A stretch of DNA of 64,000 nt from Longimicrobiales bacterium (GTDB lineage Bacteria; Gemmatimonadota; Gemmatimonadetes; Longimicrobiales; Gaopeijiaceae), in assembly GCA_965116905.1 (NCBI GenBank), contig OZ220732.1:3392001-3456000 (forward strand), given 5' to 3'. Positions 62,354 to 64,000 of the stretch are shown piece by piece (the stretch's first letter is position 1; the number at the start of each line of letters is the position of its first letter). The position numbers and the translations under genes were made by a program. Below the pieces are notes generated by a model. The model saw only the letters and a program-made list of their open reading frames with translations, had not been told where the DNA came from and did no database searches.

Positions 62354-64000
62354 CTACCGGTTGCCCCTCGACACGGTGATCGTCGCGCTGTGTACCTGCC
62401 GTTGGGCGCCAGCGGCAGTGACGCCGGTTTCGGCATCCTCCACCACCTTCAGTTCGGTTGTGCGGATCAACTGGAGAATCCGGCCTCCCTGTTGCGGTTC
62501 CGTGATCAGGTTGCTGCCGGACACCGCCGTCGCGCGGATGCTGCCTCTGGTGACGCGCCGGTTGACGATCTGGCAGCCGCTGCTGGTCCGGCAACTGTAG
62601 CGAATGCTGTTGTAGACCATGTAGGCGCTGGTGCCGCTGAAGGTGATCGTGATCGTGCCGCCCGAAGACTGGAAGGTGGCGCCGCCGCCCAGCTGGTTGG
62701 GGAACCAGGAGCCGGTCGGCAGCGTTTCGATCGTCTGGCCCGTCGTGTATGTCGTGTCACTGCCGCTGCCACCGTCCTGAATCGTAACCGTGATTGCCGA
62801 AGAGCAGTTGTTGCTCGTGTCCGTTTCGCCCGAAACGGCGTCGACGCAGTCGCCGATGTAGATGGTGCGGGCGGCGGTCCCGGCGCGTACCGTAATCCTG
62901 CTCGTGCCACGGAAAGTCGCGGAAGGAGCCAAGGCGCCGACTGGTTCCGGCTGGCCGATTTCGTTGTCGCTCGTGGTGATGGTGGCATCGTCCGACTGGT
63001 AGGCCCGCCAGTTGGTCGCAGCGGACGCCGCATCGCCCTGGTTGCGTATTGTCACGTCGTACGTGAAGCTGCCTCCCGGCGCGACGGTCACGCTCGACCT
63101 CGAGACACTTATGACCAGATCCGGCCCGCCCGACCCGGTCACCGTCACGCGGACGCCGCGGGAGCAGTTGTTCTGCGTGTTGGATTCGCCCGACACCCGA
63201 TCGGCGCATAGCCCGAAGTAGAAGGTGCCGGAGGCCTGGCTGGACAGCCTGACAGTTGCCGTGATCCTCCTGCTCTGCCCCGCTGGAGTGCTTGAGATGG
63301 ACGTCCTGCCAATCTCCGTGTCACTGGTCGAGATGGACGAGTTGGTGGACTGGTAGACGCGAACCGTGGTAGCGGCCGCCGTGGCGTTGCCGCTGTTCCG
63401 AAGTGTGAACACTGCCTCCACCGACCCGCCCGGCGACCCGGTCACCGACGTAGGCGTAACGGTAGTGAACTGCAGGTCCGGCGCCCCTGCCGACGCCACG
63501 GTGACGCTGATGCTCTGCGTCGCGGTCAGGAAGCCGGGATCGCGGGCGGTCACGGTGATCGTGGCGCTCCCCGCCGTCACTCCCGTGATGGTCACCGTCG
63601 AGCCCGAAACGGAGGCCCTGGCGACGAGCGAGTTGGAGGAGGTCGCCGTGTAGGTGAGCACGTCCCCGTCGGGATCGTTGAAATACAAGGACGCGTTGAC
63701 GGTGACGTTGCGGCCCGGGTTGACCGACTGTGCGGGGATGGTCCCCACCGGTGTTGGCGCCCGGTTGGGCTGCTGAACGGTGACCCGTGCCGTTTGCGTT
63801 GCCGTCAGCCCTTCGGGATCCCGGGCGGTCACGGTGACGGTCGCGCTCCCCGCGGTCAGGCCCGTGATGGTCACAATCGCGCCCGAAACGGACACCCTGA
63901 CCACGGCCGGAGCCGAAGATGTCGCCGTGTAGGTCAGCGCATCGCCATCGGGATCGGAGAAGTACTGCGATGCGACAACCGTCTTGCTCTCGGCCACGTC
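62354..64000 (-). CDS. Surface protein with Ig/cadherin-like and CARDB-like repeats (partial, 5' end outside window)
   Basis: YF.DPDGD.LTYTATSS...TVTARDP repeats; PDL...V...G......RN.G..A.AAT..R.YQS....I..SD.EIG...C.D.VSGE..T.NNCS repeats. Confidence 0.82.
   Translation of the reverse strand, partial: DVAESKTVVASQYFSDPDGDALTYTATSSAPAVVRVSVSGAIVTITGLTAGSATVTVTARDPEGLTATQTARVTVQQPNRAPTPVGTIPAQSVNPGRNVTVNASLYFNDPDGDVLTYTATSSNSLVARASVSGSTVTITGVTAGSATITVTARDPGFLTATQSISVTVASAGAPDLQFTTVTPTSVTGSPGGSVEAVFTLRNSGNATAAATTVRVYQSTNSSISTSDTEIGRTSISSTPAGQSRRITATVRLSSQASGTFYFGLCADRVSGESNTQNNCSRGVRVTVTGSGGPDLVISVSRSSVTVAPGGSFTYDVTIRNQGDAASAATNWRAYQSDDATITTSDNEIGQPEPVGALAPSATFRGTSRITVRAGTAARTIYIGDCVDAVSGETDTSNNCSSAITVTIQDGGSGSDTTYTTGQTIETLPTGSWFPNQLGGGATFQSSGGTITITFSGTSAYMVYNSIRYSCRTSSGCQIVNRRVTRGSIRATAVSGSNLITEPQQGGRILQLIRTTELKVVEDAETGVTAAGAQRQVHSATITVSRGNR

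Overview
GC-rich bacterial chromosome segment. Gene content (lipobox surface proteins, plant-type LRR and Ig repeats, bshA) suggests a Gemmatimonadota-like, possibly host-associated organism; this is an inference. Bases 1-17.1 kb are core housekeeping, almost all on the minus strand: rpmI (partial), infC with an AUC start and an L20-leader-like attenuator, thrS, a secreted cyanophycinase-like protein, groES/groEL with a perfect CIRCE, and an operon secD-secF-tatD-mutL-miaA-bshA-uppP-birA-coaX. Bases 17-25 kb hold a beta-propeller lipoprotein, a ComEC-like MBL/lamin-tail + DUF3006 pair, a PadR module flanked by two paralogous membrane genes, and an S9 peptidase. From about 25 kb the window is accessory. 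It opens with a Cre-like tyrosine recombinase followed immediately by a 34-bp lox-like (13-8-13) site. Next come two tandem ~1500-1600 aa surface-protein genes: the first is 5'-truncated, and they share a ~2.4 kb near-identical core but differ in a variable block. Then LuxR, P450, a fused kinase-receiver-winged-helix regulator, several gene remnants and Ig/beta-propeller surface proteins. At 51.9-62.1 kb two convergent operons encode a receptor-like Ser/Thr kinase (kinase-TM-PG-binding-~200 aa helical stalk-plant-type LRR), a MotA/TolQ-like channel, FHA, PP2C, a MotB/ExbD-like-TM + vWA protein, an Ig-LRR lipoprotein and a plug-like protein. The best candidates for undescribed systems are this kinase/ion-motor cluster and the Cre-like/lox-like pair beside the cassette-like surface-protein duplication. 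No rRNA, tRNA or CRISPR array was seen.
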